A stretch of DNA of 64,000 nt. It comes from the human T2T-CHM13v2.0 reference genome, Homo sapiens. The stretch lies in the NCBI RefSeq assembly GCF_009914755.1, contig NC_060937.1; one strand, written 5' to 3'. The notes under the pieces are model-generated. The model did not search any database. It was not told the DNA's origin and saw only the letters and a program-made list of their open reading frames with translations. This document shows positions 29,250 through 43,904 of this stretch, piece by piece; position 1 is the first letter of the stretch, and each line of letters begins with the position of its first letter. A program made the position numbers and the translations under genes.

Positions 29250-29905
29250 GTCCCTTTTACACTGTTGGTGGGAGTGTAAATTAGTTCAACCATTGTGGAA
29301 GACAGTGTGGCAATTCTTCAAAGATCTAGAACCAGAAATACCATTTGACCCAGCAATCCCATTACTGGGTATATACCCAAAGGATTATAAATCATTCTAC
29401 TATAAAGACACATGCACATGTATGTTTATTGCAGCACTGTTCACAATATCAAAGACTTGGAACCAACCCAAATGCCCATCAATGATAGACTGGATAAAGA
29501 AAATGTGGCACATATACCATGGAATACTATGCAGCCATAAAAAAGAATGGGTTCATGTCCTTTGCAGGGACATGGATGTGGCTAGAAACCAACATTCTCA
29601 GCAAACTAACACAGGAACAGAAAACCAAACACCACATGTTCTCACTCATAAGTGGGAGCTGAACAATGAGAACACATGGACACAGGGAAGGGAACATCAC
29701 ACACTGGGGCCTGTCACAGGGTGGGGACAAGGGGAGGGAGAGCATTAGGACAAACACCTAATGCATGCAGGGCTTAAAACCTAGATAATGGGTTGACAGG
29801 TGCAGCAAACCACCATGGCACATGTATTCCTATGTAACAAACCTGCACGTTCTGCACATGTATCCCAGAACTTAAAATAAAATAAATAACTAAATAAAAT
29901 TTAAA
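29250..29905 (+). mobile_element. 5'-truncated L1 (L1PA7-like): ORF2 C-terminus plus 3'UTR
   Basis: LLHCWWECKLVQPLWK..PFDPAIPLLGIYP ORF2 motif; perfect TSD AAATCCTTAGCTT (29237-29249, 29906-29918). Confidence 0.95.
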
Positions 29906-30179
29906 AAATCCTTAGCTTATCCTCTAAGCAATTCCTTAGTTGTTCAAACTTTTCACAATACAAAGTAATTACTTGAAGATGAATTCATTATACATAATGA
30001 CAAAAATAAGAGTTCTGAAAACTGTTAAACAATATTTAAAGATACAGTGTTATAAAGCTGTCCCATGTTTGATCACCCATACTTGAATATATAATGATGG
30101 GAAATAATTATTTGCAACCAATTTATCACGTTGACCAATTTGCTTTGATGAAATTACTTTCGACTAAATAACATGCTAT

Positions 30180-30335
30180 CCATCTACAGGCTAGTAACAC
30201 AAGAACAAAACAATATAACTATATTGATTATTTCCATTTTAGTGAATCTGTTCTGAATGCTAGGATCCATTGGCATCTCTTTTGGATGTCTTACAAGCCA
30301 TTCCTTTAATAATCTATTTTAGAATATTGCCAATT
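30180..30335 (-). mobile_element. L3/CR1 relic
   Basis: caagccattcctttaataatctattttagaatattgcc resembles antisense CR1 RT; likely continuation of the element at 28.1-28.3 kb. Confidence 0.4.
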
Positions 30336-30838
30336 TAAGGCAATTTAAGCATATGCATAAGTTCCTTTTAGAGTGGTTCAAAGACCCCAGTGGGGGACAA
30401 CCTCCTGCTTGAGCTAAGCACTGACAAATGAAGCTAGGATGCTATCCACGCATTTTATTCCAAGTGTTTTGTGCTGATTGATTCTCAAGGAAATGGCTTG
30501 ACTTCTCCATCCTCTGGCATCTCTACAGAATCAATTCAAGAATATCACGTGTTTAATATTCTTATGTTCTTATTTTCTTACTCCATCCTTAGAGGTTTCC
30601 CAATATTATTTCCCTTTGACCTATTTTACTATTATTTAAAAATCAGTGTGATTCTAGGGCTGTGAGTACTGCTTGGCTCTGCTCATGGCCTACATTTGTG
30701 GCCATCTGAGAGGGCAGGTGCATAAGAGTTGCAAAACTCCTAGAAATTCCCAATAAACTCTTTGTGAGTCCTCTAAGTGTTGACACCAGGCATATAGGTA
30801 GTAAGTTACACCTTACATGATTTTGCCATATTAGATAA

Positions 30839-31188
<350 letters not shown>

Positions 31189-31200
31189 CAGAATTATTAA

Positions 31201-31617
<417 letters not shown>

Positions 31618-34600
31618 TAATCTTAGTGAAAATTTCTACAATGAAATATTCTTCAAATGGGACATGAAATCATAATAGTTAATTTCAGCTATTTCTTCAG
31701 CCTTTCATTCATTCAATAAAAAATGAAAAGTAAAACTAAGAAAAATAAAGAAAACTATTAGCTCTACAGACAAATGACATATTCTTTAAATGTGAGCTCT
31801 GTAATGGTGTGGTTTCATCAGGATTTGGTTCTTAGCATAGACCAATGAATAGGAATAGCAGTAAGACCAATGAAGAGGAATAATCTTATTCCTCGAGTTT
31901 ATAATTCCAGTGCATTTCTCTACCTTTTGGGGACTGTCCCCCAGGCATTCCTATGCTGAGAAATCAGGGTCTGAGTGCAGCCACGAGGGAAAGACCCCAG
32001 ACTGTCAAAGATGAAAACCACCAGAACCTGAGTGAATCTTTCAATAAAGAAAGTGTCATCTTTAGTAAAAGAAACAGAGAAATCTTGAAATTTTTTTCTG
32101 GTGATTTTTTTTCTAAATTGACACAGTAACATATTTTTGTTTCCCCCCTATTATTCCTTTTCATTTTATTAAAACAAGAAAAGAAATTGCCGAGAATGGC
32201 TCTGATGTCGTGTCTGGTTAATGAAACTAACACATTACTTAAATATTTATCCTCACATACATAGTATTTGGATGCAGATGTGGAGAAATGTTGTCAAGTT
32301 AAAAATAACTCTTTCAGTAAGGCAATGGCACACTGGAATGCTAATCCAAGCCCACTGCTATTCTTCACACCTACATCCTGGGTGTCCTGGCTGCATGAAG
32401 TAAACAGCCCAGCTTCCCTTCCTTAGGAACCTTCACCTTTCGGCTAGAGCCATTTTTAAAATGTGTGCCAAGATTAGCAAGAAACAGAGTGACAGGAGAA
32501 AGAGAAAAATCCTCAGAGAGCCACTCTCAGTTCCAGAGACCCCCACAATGTTTATGGCATGCCTGTTGGGGAAATTTTCTTCCCTCCAGGACAAAGGTAG
32601 CTTCAACATTCTAATCCTTAGAGTGAATGAGCACCTACCCTAATCTGTGCGCAGCTAATCAGTCATGTGGTTCAAAGCATAAAGCCATGAGAATACCTAA
32701 AGTCAGGTGAAGCAGCTTAGTTCTGGAAAGGAAAATGTCTGGAGGAGAGAGTTTTCAGGCCAAGACTCCACTACTGCTGCACCCTCAGATTTTAGGTAGG
32801 ATGTCCTTTGGGGTTCACCTACTCAATATGTAGGTAGGAGAGAACCTGTGTCATGGGAATATGCCCTGGGGACTTACATGGAAATATAAGCCCCTATCAA
32901 GGATGAGAAAGGATATGGAGCAAGAATATGGTTTGCTTTTTGTGGAGGGAGATATGGATGCAGATTGGTGCTCTCTGTGAAAAGGGTACAGTGAGGGTTT
33001 GGAGATCTCAGGGGAAGTAACAATTAACTTAGTCCCTGTATATCTGATAAAGGCAAAGGAGGAGAGTAGGAACATGTGGACAAAGATTTAAGAAAATAGA
33101 TGCAGTTTGATTATCATCTACGTCTTCTCTTTTAAGTTCTCTAGGGCACAAAAAGAAGACTCAACATCTTATTTTCCCCAGTGAGAGAGAAATATTATAC
33201 AGTGATGCCCTCTTAGGAACAGATCAATGAGCTAGCTAAAAGCATCGAGTATTCTACCTCTGGAGGCAGATCAGACTTGAACAAAAATATTAAAAGTTCC
33301 TGTACATTTCTACAGGAAGATCGGATTTTGTTAACAACATTAGACAAATAATTGCCTTCTATATTGTTGAACTTGTTCTACCTCCTTTTATGTCTGATAA
33401 ATCCTTGGCTCCTAGTCTGTACTATAATTACTTTCAACTTTCCAATTTAATTTGCCGCAATCACAGGAAACTGGACTGTACACACTAACACCTGATCCCA
33501 ACAGATTTTTCACATCTTACAGAGCAGTGCCAATGAAGTTGTAGCGGCGGAGTTTAATCCCCTCCCATGCCTAAGCAAGCAGGAAGCGACATTCAGGATA
33601 AAGTCCTGCGGATCGGGACTGCCATTTGGTTACAGTTGCACTGGTGTTTTCTCTCTATGGGATTGGACCTGCACCCAGACCCCCTTTCAACTGGCAAGGA
33701 TAATTTGATCCCATTTTTAAGCATACTGATTTACAGAGAGCAGAGAGAAAACCCAGTCTATTCTGGACACTTCCACACATGTGTAAAAGTACAACAAATC
33801 TACATGACCGTTTCATTATGGAAGACATTTTATTTTTTAAACAGTGGTGAGTTTTTTCCTTTTAAGTCAGAGCTGTGCGTGCACGTTTGACAGTGAGCTG
33901 TTATTCCTAAAGGCAGGAGGTTAGGCAGCATGTTAGAGTTTCATATTAAACAACAAAGAGTTTTAAGGAGCGTCCTCAAATTACACTCACAGTTTCAAAG
34001 TTCAAGAATTGTGGCTGAGCACTCCTTACCTTACAATTTCGGGTCCAAAGAGGTCTTTAAGTTTAAAGCAGTACATCAAATGTGCAGGATTTATTTTCTT
34101 GCATGAAAGTCTCATCTGTCATAGCACTCCACTCCCCGAGAAGAGCCCAGCCTCCTCTTCCTGAACACCAATGAGGAAACCAGAAGAGCACATGGGGGAC
34201 GTGGCTTCCCTGAAAGCCTGTCAGAGTCTGCACATGCTCTTTGTGACAGAGGTGCCAAATTAACCTTGGCATGAGGCTCACAATGCACCTCATTGTGAGG
34301 TCCTGGGCACCTCTTAGGGGAAGAAAAAGGTTATAAAATGTTCGAGCCAATTGAAAGTTTTCACACTTTTGCTGAGATGTGCCTCTTATTCATTAAAAAT
34401 AAAAGAGACAATTTTTTTTTCCTGTTAATTAGCTTCCTGAGGTACAAGTAAGACGGCACCAACATGTTAAGATAAGAGAGAAGGCTATCTTTTGGAATTC
34501 TACTACTGTTTCAGGCTAGTGAGAGGGAGTAATTTATAAAGCTTCATCTCACCACCTAGAAAAGTGCCTATTCTGTAAGAGCTGACAGGAAGTTTTATTG

Positions 34601-35087
34601 GAATGAAGTTCATGATTATCAGTGTACAATGTAAAATAATGTTTGCTAACCATGTTCCACCAGGACCAAGGGTAAAATGAAAATCTACTGCATCTGGGTT
34701 ATAAAATCAATCTGTGATATTGACATAATATTTCAAGTGGACTCTCCCCATCAAGGTAACTAGAAGTCATTGTGAGGAGGAAGTCCACACCTTCTTACAG
34801 GACACAGACATACAATGACCAGGAAAACATCTGCCTGTTGCTTTCTCACCTGTGTATTTATCTACCGATTACAATGTGACACAGAAAAGGGATATTGGGT
34901 AGAAAAAATATATAGCCAAGTCAAAATAATTAAACTTCTTAAAATCAAAATGTTAAGACTTAAGTCCTGATTACTGTTTGCATAGAGCTTGATGCTGTTC
35001 ATTCTATCCTCCTTGCTGGGACAGGAGCCTGAAGCAGTTCACCATGGTGAGCAGTTGGTCATAGATGTGAAGAAGAGAGAAAGATAG

Positions 35088-35523
<436 letters not shown>

Positions 35524-35571
35524 CTGGGTCTCAGTTGCTTTTTCTGTCGAGTGAGGGAATTGAACTAGTTT

Positions 35572-35898
35572 AGGGATGGAAAATTGATTACCTGCAAGGG
35601 CTCGGAGTGCAGAGTGCACTTCCCTGGGTGGGCGCTAAGGGGAGATGGAGACCGTGTGCTCATGTATCCAAGCATGGCTGTCACTCGGTGATAGCTGATT
35701 CGCAGTTGGAATGGGGGCTGCATTATGTCCCATTGTCTGCTGTTTTAGAAGAAGCTAGACTTTCAGATTTTTATGTGAAATCTCCTAGATTTCATACGTG
35801 GGTAACTTACTCAAAATATTTGAAAACATTGTGAATGCCAAATGAAATCTATCTGCCTGTCAAATTTGTCCTGCTGCCCATCATTTTTTGACTTTTGG
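35572..35898. mobile_element. MER102-like hAT-Charlie element
   Basis: cagatttttatgtgaaatctcc..aaaacattgtgaatgccaaa..tctgcctgtcaaatttgtcc. Confidence 0.6.
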
Positions 35899-35902
35899 AC
35901 TA

Positions 35903-36240
<338 letters not shown>

Positions 36241-36789
36241 AACTGTCTTTTGGGATATTAAAAGGCCAAGGTAGGACTTCATGAAGAAGCTGTACCCAAT
36301 ACTTTTGTAGTGAAATTGAGCACTCTTGTTTCTCTTCTTCATGGTGATGACCTCATGACTGATGACCTCATGTGGAAGGGGTGACCTTCCTTGGAAGGGG
36401 TGGTGTGGAACCCATGGTATCATTAACATTCTAAAATCTGATAAATGAAAAAAAGGCATGAGAAAGGCCCACTGGGGAGAAAAGGAAATATTTGTTTGAG
36501 TAATAGGAAAACTACTGCAATGCTGCTACCTTATCTCAAGACTCAGCCATCGAAAGTAAAAGCAAAAGGTACAACAGGGCTATGATAAGGAGCTGCATTT
36601 GGGAACCGAGGGGAAGAAAGGTTTATTGACTTGCTGAATACAGGAGAGATATCCCGGCAGGGGTGGAGATCTATGCAAAACAAGGTGACTACATGAGTCT
36701 CTTCTACGTCAAAGTGCAAAAGTAAAATTAGAAAAACTGTGGTTTGAAAAGTCTGACTAGTGCAATTCTTCCTGAGCCATTGCATGAGC

Positions 36790-37030
36790 TTCCGCTGGGC
36801 GGGAAATCCCATGTTGTGAGTGGGGGATTCACCCTTGTTGAGTGAACAGAGTGCTGACTCACTGAGAACCCGGGCCAGAGACCTGCAAACAATGCTCAAT
36901 TAATATTTGCCCTGGCCGGTGAACCCAGCAGAGGCTGTGCACGGAAGCCCAGAGCACGGTAGGCCTGGCCTCAGATCTCTCACAACGTGGCTTCAATCTG
37001 AATCTTTTCATGCCAGGAAATTTCCCTTGG
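36790..37030. promoter_or_regulatory. Candidate NF-kB/AP-1 enhancer motif cluster
   Basis: GGGAAATCCC 36801-36810, TGACTCA 36855-36861, GGAAATTTCCC 37016-37026, several retained CpGs; motif evidence only. Confidence 0.3.
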
Positions 37031-37255
37031 CCTCTCACAGTGCCTTTCTCTCATAGAGTACCCTTTATTTCTTATTTTGCTCCATCTTACTACAATATTT
37101 CAACTGCATTTTGATTTCTTATCACTTGTCTGTCTACCTCACTAAACTGTAAATTGCTTCAGGTATTCTGAAATTCTCTCTCTCATTTATTTCTAGCACA
37201 GTCCATGCTTGGCACATGTAAAGAACTTATGAAATGTTGGTTGGATAAATTAGTA
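36985..37255 (+). mobile_element. L2 3' end
   Basis: ttgtctgtctacctcactaaactgtaaattgcttcagg...tctagcacag..cttggcacatg..aaatgttggttggataaat. Confidence 0.55.
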
Positions 37256-37835
37256 AACAGCCAGAAAGCTAATAACTGAGAGAGGTACAATGTCCGTTAT
37301 ATATGGAGTGAAATTAATGTGTTAAGGCTAGCTTTTGGGAAAAAAAATTAGATTTAGATATAGTGCTTTTTCCTATGAGGATTATGTTTTCTCAAAGGTA
37401 TAGTTAATTTTTTTTTAATTGTATACTATTGTGGATTTTTAGTTTGTACAGTGCTCACTGTAACTTTCCCCATTGCAGTATTTACTAACCTTGCTCCCCA
37501 CTGCAATATTTACTGACCATGCCATGATCTGAGCTATCTAGGCATTCTTACTTATGTTTCCTATGGCCATCTGTGGGGATGTTTTGGCCAATAATTAGCA
37601 TACAGCTGAGAGTTAACATAAATTGGCCACCTTCACATCTCATGTTGCTCTCCCAAGTGCAACAGAGGGAGTGAAGGGAATCCGTTTAGCTACGAACAGT
37701 TACGTGGCAACCCGTGACCGCGGCAGCACACACTGCTGGGAAGGCTTTGGGGGCCCAAAAACAAGAGTGGATAGAAATCACTGGAGACAGCCACCACCAC
37801 AAATTTTAAAATAAAATTTAAAAATAAAAATAAGC

Positions 37836-38185
<350 letters not shown>

Positions 38186-38249
38186 TTATAACTACTTGAG
38201 AAATTAGCAAATACAGGGAAATAAAGAAATGAAGGAAAAGCAGTGCAGA

Positions 38250-38800
38250 TGATTGTTTCTGTTATCCATTGGTGAATAGTAAACTAGCCCAAATTTTAGT
38301 AGCTTAAAGCGTCTGTCTTATTATCTCAGCAGTTCTTTAGGTTGACTGGGCCCAAGTGAATGATTCTCCTGCTCCATGTACTATTTGCTAACATTGTAGG
38401 CAACTGGGGACTGATGCACTGGAACATTCAAGAAGGTTCCCTGGCATGTCCTCGCCTTGGCAGGGATGGCAGGAAAATGGGCTCAACTGGGCTCAGCTGG
38501 GATACTAAGACAAATAGGCCTCTCTTTCTCTTTCTGTGGCCTTAGGGTCTCTCCCTCTCCTCCTCCCTTTCCCTCTCACTCTCTGTCTCCATATGGCCTC
38601 TCTGTCATAATAGCCAGACTTCTCACACGGCAGATCAAGTTTCTCCAAAGTACTAAAGAAATTGCCAGATCATCTTGAGGCTTAGGCCTGGAATTGTCAC
38701 AACATAACTTCTGCTACTTTCTGTTGGTGAAAGTGGTCCCAAAGCTATCCCAGATTCAAGGTGGAAGGGGACTACTCAGTATGGGAGGTGTGGGGCATTG
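38250..38800 (-). mobile_element. MaLR solo LTR (MLT1I/J-like)
   Basis: ccaaattttagtagcttaaa..ggttgactgggc...ctccatatggcctctc..cagattcaaggtgg. Confidence 0.65.
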
Positions 38801-39276
38801 GGGCCGGTTTTGGGGGAGAGCTATCCCAGCTGTGTTCTCATCATCACAATGTTGCCATTTCACCATCTCCTTTGTTGAGAAAGAACAGATGTTGCAGTTA
38901 TTCTTTTTTACTCTTCAATGGGCAATGTGTGGTGATCTATTTGATTCTGTTCTCTATTTTGATTTCTTTTTCGTATATGGACGGGAATTGTAAAAAATGT
39001 CTTCTACATTAGAAAGTCTAAAAGACAGGCTTAAAAAATGGGCCATCTGGTAGTTTCTTAAAAAGCTAAATACAATCTTACCATACGAGCCAGCAATCAT
39101 TGTCCTTGGTATTTACCCAAATGAATTGAAAACTTACAGGCACACAAATATTTATAGTAGCTTTATTCACAATTGCCAAAACTTGGAAGCAACCAATATG
39201 TCCATCAGTAGGTGAACAGATAAATAAACTATGGTCCATCTATACAATGGAATATTATTCAGCTATAAAAAGAAAC

Positions 39277-40595
39277 TGAGAGGTGACAACGTGCTAGCAG
39301 CCCTCGCTCGCCCTGGGCGCCTCCTCGGCTTCAGCGTCCACTCTGGCCATCTCTGGCCATTGTCGACGAGCCCTTCAGCCCGCCACTGCACTGTGGGGGC
39401 CCCTCTCTGGGCTGGCGGAGGCCGCAGCCGGCTCCCTCTGCTTGCCGGGAGGTGTGGAGGGAGAGGCACGGGCGGGAACTGGGGCTGCGCCAGCGATCGC
39501 AGTCCAGTGTGAGTTCCGGGTGGGCACGGGCTCCGCGCCCGGAACTCAGAGCGCCCGCTGGTGCCGCACCAGGCAGTGAAGGGCTTAGCACCTGGGCCAG
39601 CAGCTGCGGAGGGTACACCAGGTCCCCCAGCACTGCCAGCTCGCCACATTGCACTCGAATTCTGGCAGGGCCTCAGCCGCCTCCCCCCAGGCAGGGATGA
39701 GGACGTGCAGCCCGCCATGCCCGAGCCCCCCCTTCCCACATCTTTCCCCGTGGGCTCCGGCAAGGCCCGAGCCTCCCCAATGGACACGCCCCCTGCTCCG
39801 GGGAGCCCAGTTCCCATTGACCACCTACGGGCTGAGGAGTGCGGGCGTGCGGTGCCAGACGAGGCCCCGGTGTGGGATCCACTAGGCAAGCCAGCTGGGC
39901 TCCTGAGTCAGGTAAGGACTTGGAGAACTTTTGTGTCTAGCTAAAGGATTGTAAAGGCACTAATCAGCACTCTGTGTCTAGCTCAAGGTTTGTAAAGGCA
40001 CCAATCAGTGCTATGTGTCTAGCTAATCTAGTGGAGACTTGGAGAACTTTTGTGTCTAGCTAAAGGATTGTAAATGCACCAATCAGCACTCTGTGTCTAG
40101 CTCAAGGTTTGTAAACACACCAATCAGCACCCTGTCAAAATGGACCAATCAACTCTCTGTAAAATGGGCCAATCAGCTGTCTGTAAAGTGGATCAATCAG
40201 CACTCTGTAAAATGGACCAATCAGCAGGATGTGGGTGGGGTCAGATAAGGGAATAAACGCAGGCTGCCCCAGCCAGCACTGGTGGGCCACTTGAGTACCC
40301 TTCCGCGTTGTGGAAGGTTTGTTCTTTTGCTTCCTGGTAAATCTTGCTGTTGCTCCGTTGTTGGGTCCATGCTGCCTTTATGAGCTGTAACACTCACCGC
40401 GAAGGTCTGCAGTTTTACTCCTGAAGTCAGCGAAACCACGGACCCACCAGAAGAAAGAGACTCTGGACACATCTGAACATCTGAAGGAATAAAACTCCGG
40501 ACCTGCCGCCTTTAAGTACTGTAACACTCACAGGGAGGGGCCACGGCTTCACTCTTGAAGTCAGCGAGACCAAGAGCCCACCAATTCTGGACACA
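39277..40595 (+). mobile_element. LTR12 (HERV9) solo LTR, LTR12D-like, full length
   Basis: TGAGAGGTGACAACGTGCTAGCAGCC...CCAATTCTGGACACA; GC/CpG-rich U3; tandem ctctgtgtctagct repeats; TSD AAAC/AAAT. Confidence 0.95.
39990..40290 (+). promoter_or_regulatory. LTR12 promoter core (NF-Y CCAAT array, GATA, AATAAA TATA-equivalent)
   Basis: CCAAT at 40001, 40079, 40120, 40145, 40169, 40217; AGATAA 40243; AATAAA 40252; layout matches the known ERV-9 LTR promoter. Confidence 0.6.
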
Positions 40596-41222
40596 AAATG
40601 AGCTGTCAAGCTATGAAAAGATGTGGAGGAAACTTCAATGCATATTGCTGAGTGAAAGAAGCAAGTCTGAAAAGGCTACAATAAATATGATTCCATCTAT
40701 ATGACATTCTAGAAAAGGCAAAACTGTAGCTACAGTAAAAAATATTAATGGTTGCCAGGGGTTCAGTGGGAGAGAGGGAGGGGTGAAGAGGTGGCGCACA
40801 GAGATTTTTAGGGAGGTGGAACTATTCTGTGTGATACTGTGATAGTGGATGCATGTCATTATGCCTGTGTCAAAACCCAGAGAGTGCACAGCTCAAAGAA
40901 CAACCTTATTGCAAACTATGGACTTTTGTTAGTAATAATGTTTTGGCACTGGTTCATCAGTTGTGACAAACGTAGCGCAGCAGTGCAAGATGTTAATGGA
41001 AAACCTGGGGTGGGGAGGGGAGAAGGTGAGGGAGGTGGGTATATGGAACTGCGCTTTCTGCTCCACGGTTTTGGAAACTTAAAACTACTCTAAAAATAAA
41101 TTATCTTAATGTTTTTAAACAATGGATTCAAGAGAAAATGTTGGAATACTGTTCTTCGTGAATTTACTGTTTTCCTGGAAGATTTCATATAGATTGCTTT
41201 TGTTTTTAAAAAAATCAAATCA

Positions 41223-41516
<294 letters not shown>

Positions 41517-41518
41517 TC

Positions 41519-41824
<306 letters not shown>

Positions 41825-42222
41825 TTATTAAAGAAACTTGCTATTTAGAAAAAATTTATGGTGAATCTCTTTGTGATTAAAACCATTACCTGTTGACATT
41901 TCATCAGTGAATCTTTTTATTGATCAGATTTATATAAAGAAGCACACCACTGCATATTAGTTAGGGCAAAAATCTCCAGTCATATTTTGAGTCCAATTTA
42001 GAAAAGTAGTTATTTGCTATCAATTGAAGAATGCTATTCAGGATGGGTATGTAAGGTTTTGAGACCTGTCTGACTTTTGCTTTCTTCCAAAAAAAATAAA
42101 AAATCTTTTTTAAAATGCAGAGTATACATTAAAAGGTGATTGGCAACCTTTTTTTTTTTGTCTTATAAATTGGCAGTAAGAACCGCCCCTCACCCCGCCC
42201 TCCTGCCCCCAAGAAACAATAT

Positions 42223-42803
42223 TGAGGCAGGAGAGTAGGATCTGGAGGCAGGGAACATAAGGCCGATTCACACTGACTTCCTAGAACTAAATCGAATGGA
42301 AACACTTCAGCTATGACAGGAAATATCCTCACCATTTACATAGGGCATACACCAAGTAAATGACTTTGTAAATTTACTTCATCCTCTTCATTTACATAGG
42401 AATGCCTATGTAAATGTATTCATTTACATAGGCTTCCCTAAGTATGTATTCATTTACATAGGCTTCCCAAAGTGCTAGGATTACAGGCGTCAGCCACCAT
42501 GCTCAGTCCTGATTTGATTTTTTAAAAGGCAAAAGCAATTTATATGAAATCTTCCAATTACATCCTCTTCATTTACATATACCAAGTAATCCATGGAAAC
42601 CTCCAGAGGGTATTTAAACCCCAGAAAATTCTGTAACGGGGCTCTTCAGCCCCTATGCTCGGCCCATTCCACCCTGGGGGGTGTACTTTCATTTTCAATA
42701 AATCTCTGCTTGTATTGCTTCATTCTTTCCTTGTTCTGTTTATCCGTTTTGTCCAATTCTTTGTTCAAGTTGTGAAGAACCTGGACACCCTCCACCAGTA
42801 ACA
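42223..42803 (+). mobile_element. MER61-family ERV1 solo LTR carrying an internal complex insertion
   Basis: TGAGGCAGGAGAGTAGGATCTGGAGGCAGGGAACATAAGGCC...CCTCCACCAGTAACA; TSD ATAT (42219-42222, 42804-42807). Confidence 0.85.
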
Positions 42804-43904
42804 ATATGACCAATTAGTTAAACTGTTTAAGGAGGAACTCCTCCCCCTCCCCCACCATTGCCCCTTCCACAACCTTCCCCTGTTCTCCTGGAATCTCTTC
42901 CCCATGGTGCCCAGTGCCTCAAGTTGTTCCTTGATCACTTAAGGCCTCTGCTGAATAACAGTGCATTTGGGTTTTCTGTTGACTTAACTTCGAGCCTTAG
43001 AACATACCTGCCATGCACCTATCCCATTTTGGTCCTGCTTAGGGCTGTGAAATCTCTCCTTTTCCATCACAATTCCTCCATTTTTCTGAAATAGCTTAGT
43101 TACTTGAAGAGGATGAAGGTGGTGGTGGTTGTATCTGGGTCTCCCCAAATTTCAGGTGGTATGTTCTACATGACCCCAAAGAATCCATATTTCCAGTATA
43201 ATTGAAAATGGCACTGCTTGGTATTGGGATGGATTGGTAGTAAACAAACACACACAATCAAGACCTACCATGCATGATACTTTTTAAATTTATGTTTTAA
43301 AGTGATGATTCCCAAACTTGGGTGGAGTGTGTGCATTGAGGGATGGGTCAGCAGAAAGAGGGTGGGGAAGATGGATGGGCAGTGGGTCATTATCACCTCA
43401 GAAGCATTCCTAAAATAAACATGTCTGGGGTCTATCTGTAACTGCCTAAATCTATTGTTTGGGTAGGGGAGGATATGAAGGAGGAAAATAAGGGAGATGC
43501 ATTTTGACAAGAGCTTTCTAGTTAATAGGATTCTGATACGTTCTCCAGTTGAGTTTAGAGTTCCAAAAGAGATAAAAGAATAAAACTCACTTTAAAAACT
43601 TTTAAAAATTATAAAGCAAAAATAAGCAGAACGGAAACAGAAACAGGTATATATGAAAAATAAGTAATTAGAAATTCTTGAAACACATTTAAAAAGGTCA
43701 TAACTCTAACTGAGATCTAGTTAAAAAGAGAATTAGTAAATTCTTGAAATGAGAATAGAATTGGAAGATAAGCAATATTTCAAGGGAAAACAGCTGAGAA
43801 TTTTTAATAATTGAACAGAAACATTGGTTCTTATATTGAAACTGTGTAAAGTGCCTAGCAGAATAAATAAGAATAAACTCATGCTCAACATAAAATCTTG
43901 AGCT

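Larger units (their letters stand above)
39046..41100 (+). mobile_element. L1MC-type 3' end, split by LTR12
   Basis: ccagcaatc..ggtatttacccaaatgaattgaaaac before and aaatgagctgtcaagctatgaaaag..ggaggaaacttcaatgcata after the LTR. Confidence 0.85.

Noticed and set aside
29248-29748. 166-aa ORF with a recognisable L1 ORF2 C-terminus
   Set aside because: Part of a ~650-bp 5'-truncated L1, frameshifted near its end and reading into the 3'UTR; not a functional CDS
28270-30180. caatttgcc-rich segments flanking the AluJ and L1PA
   Set aside because: Probably an old MamRep-type repeat, but I cannot assign the family or boundaries reliably
39231-39944. Overlapping long ORFs, up to 208 aa
   Set aside because: They lie in the GC-rich U3 of LTR12 where stop codons are scarce; low-complexity peptides on both strands
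39915-40225. Regularly spaced repeats that look CRISPR-like
   Set aside because: Known LTR12 enhancer/CCAAT tandem units without unique spacers; eukaryotic context with no cas genes
43100-43900. Possible MER5-like and L1 ORF1/HAL1 relics
   Set aside because: Too degenerate to support a call by eye
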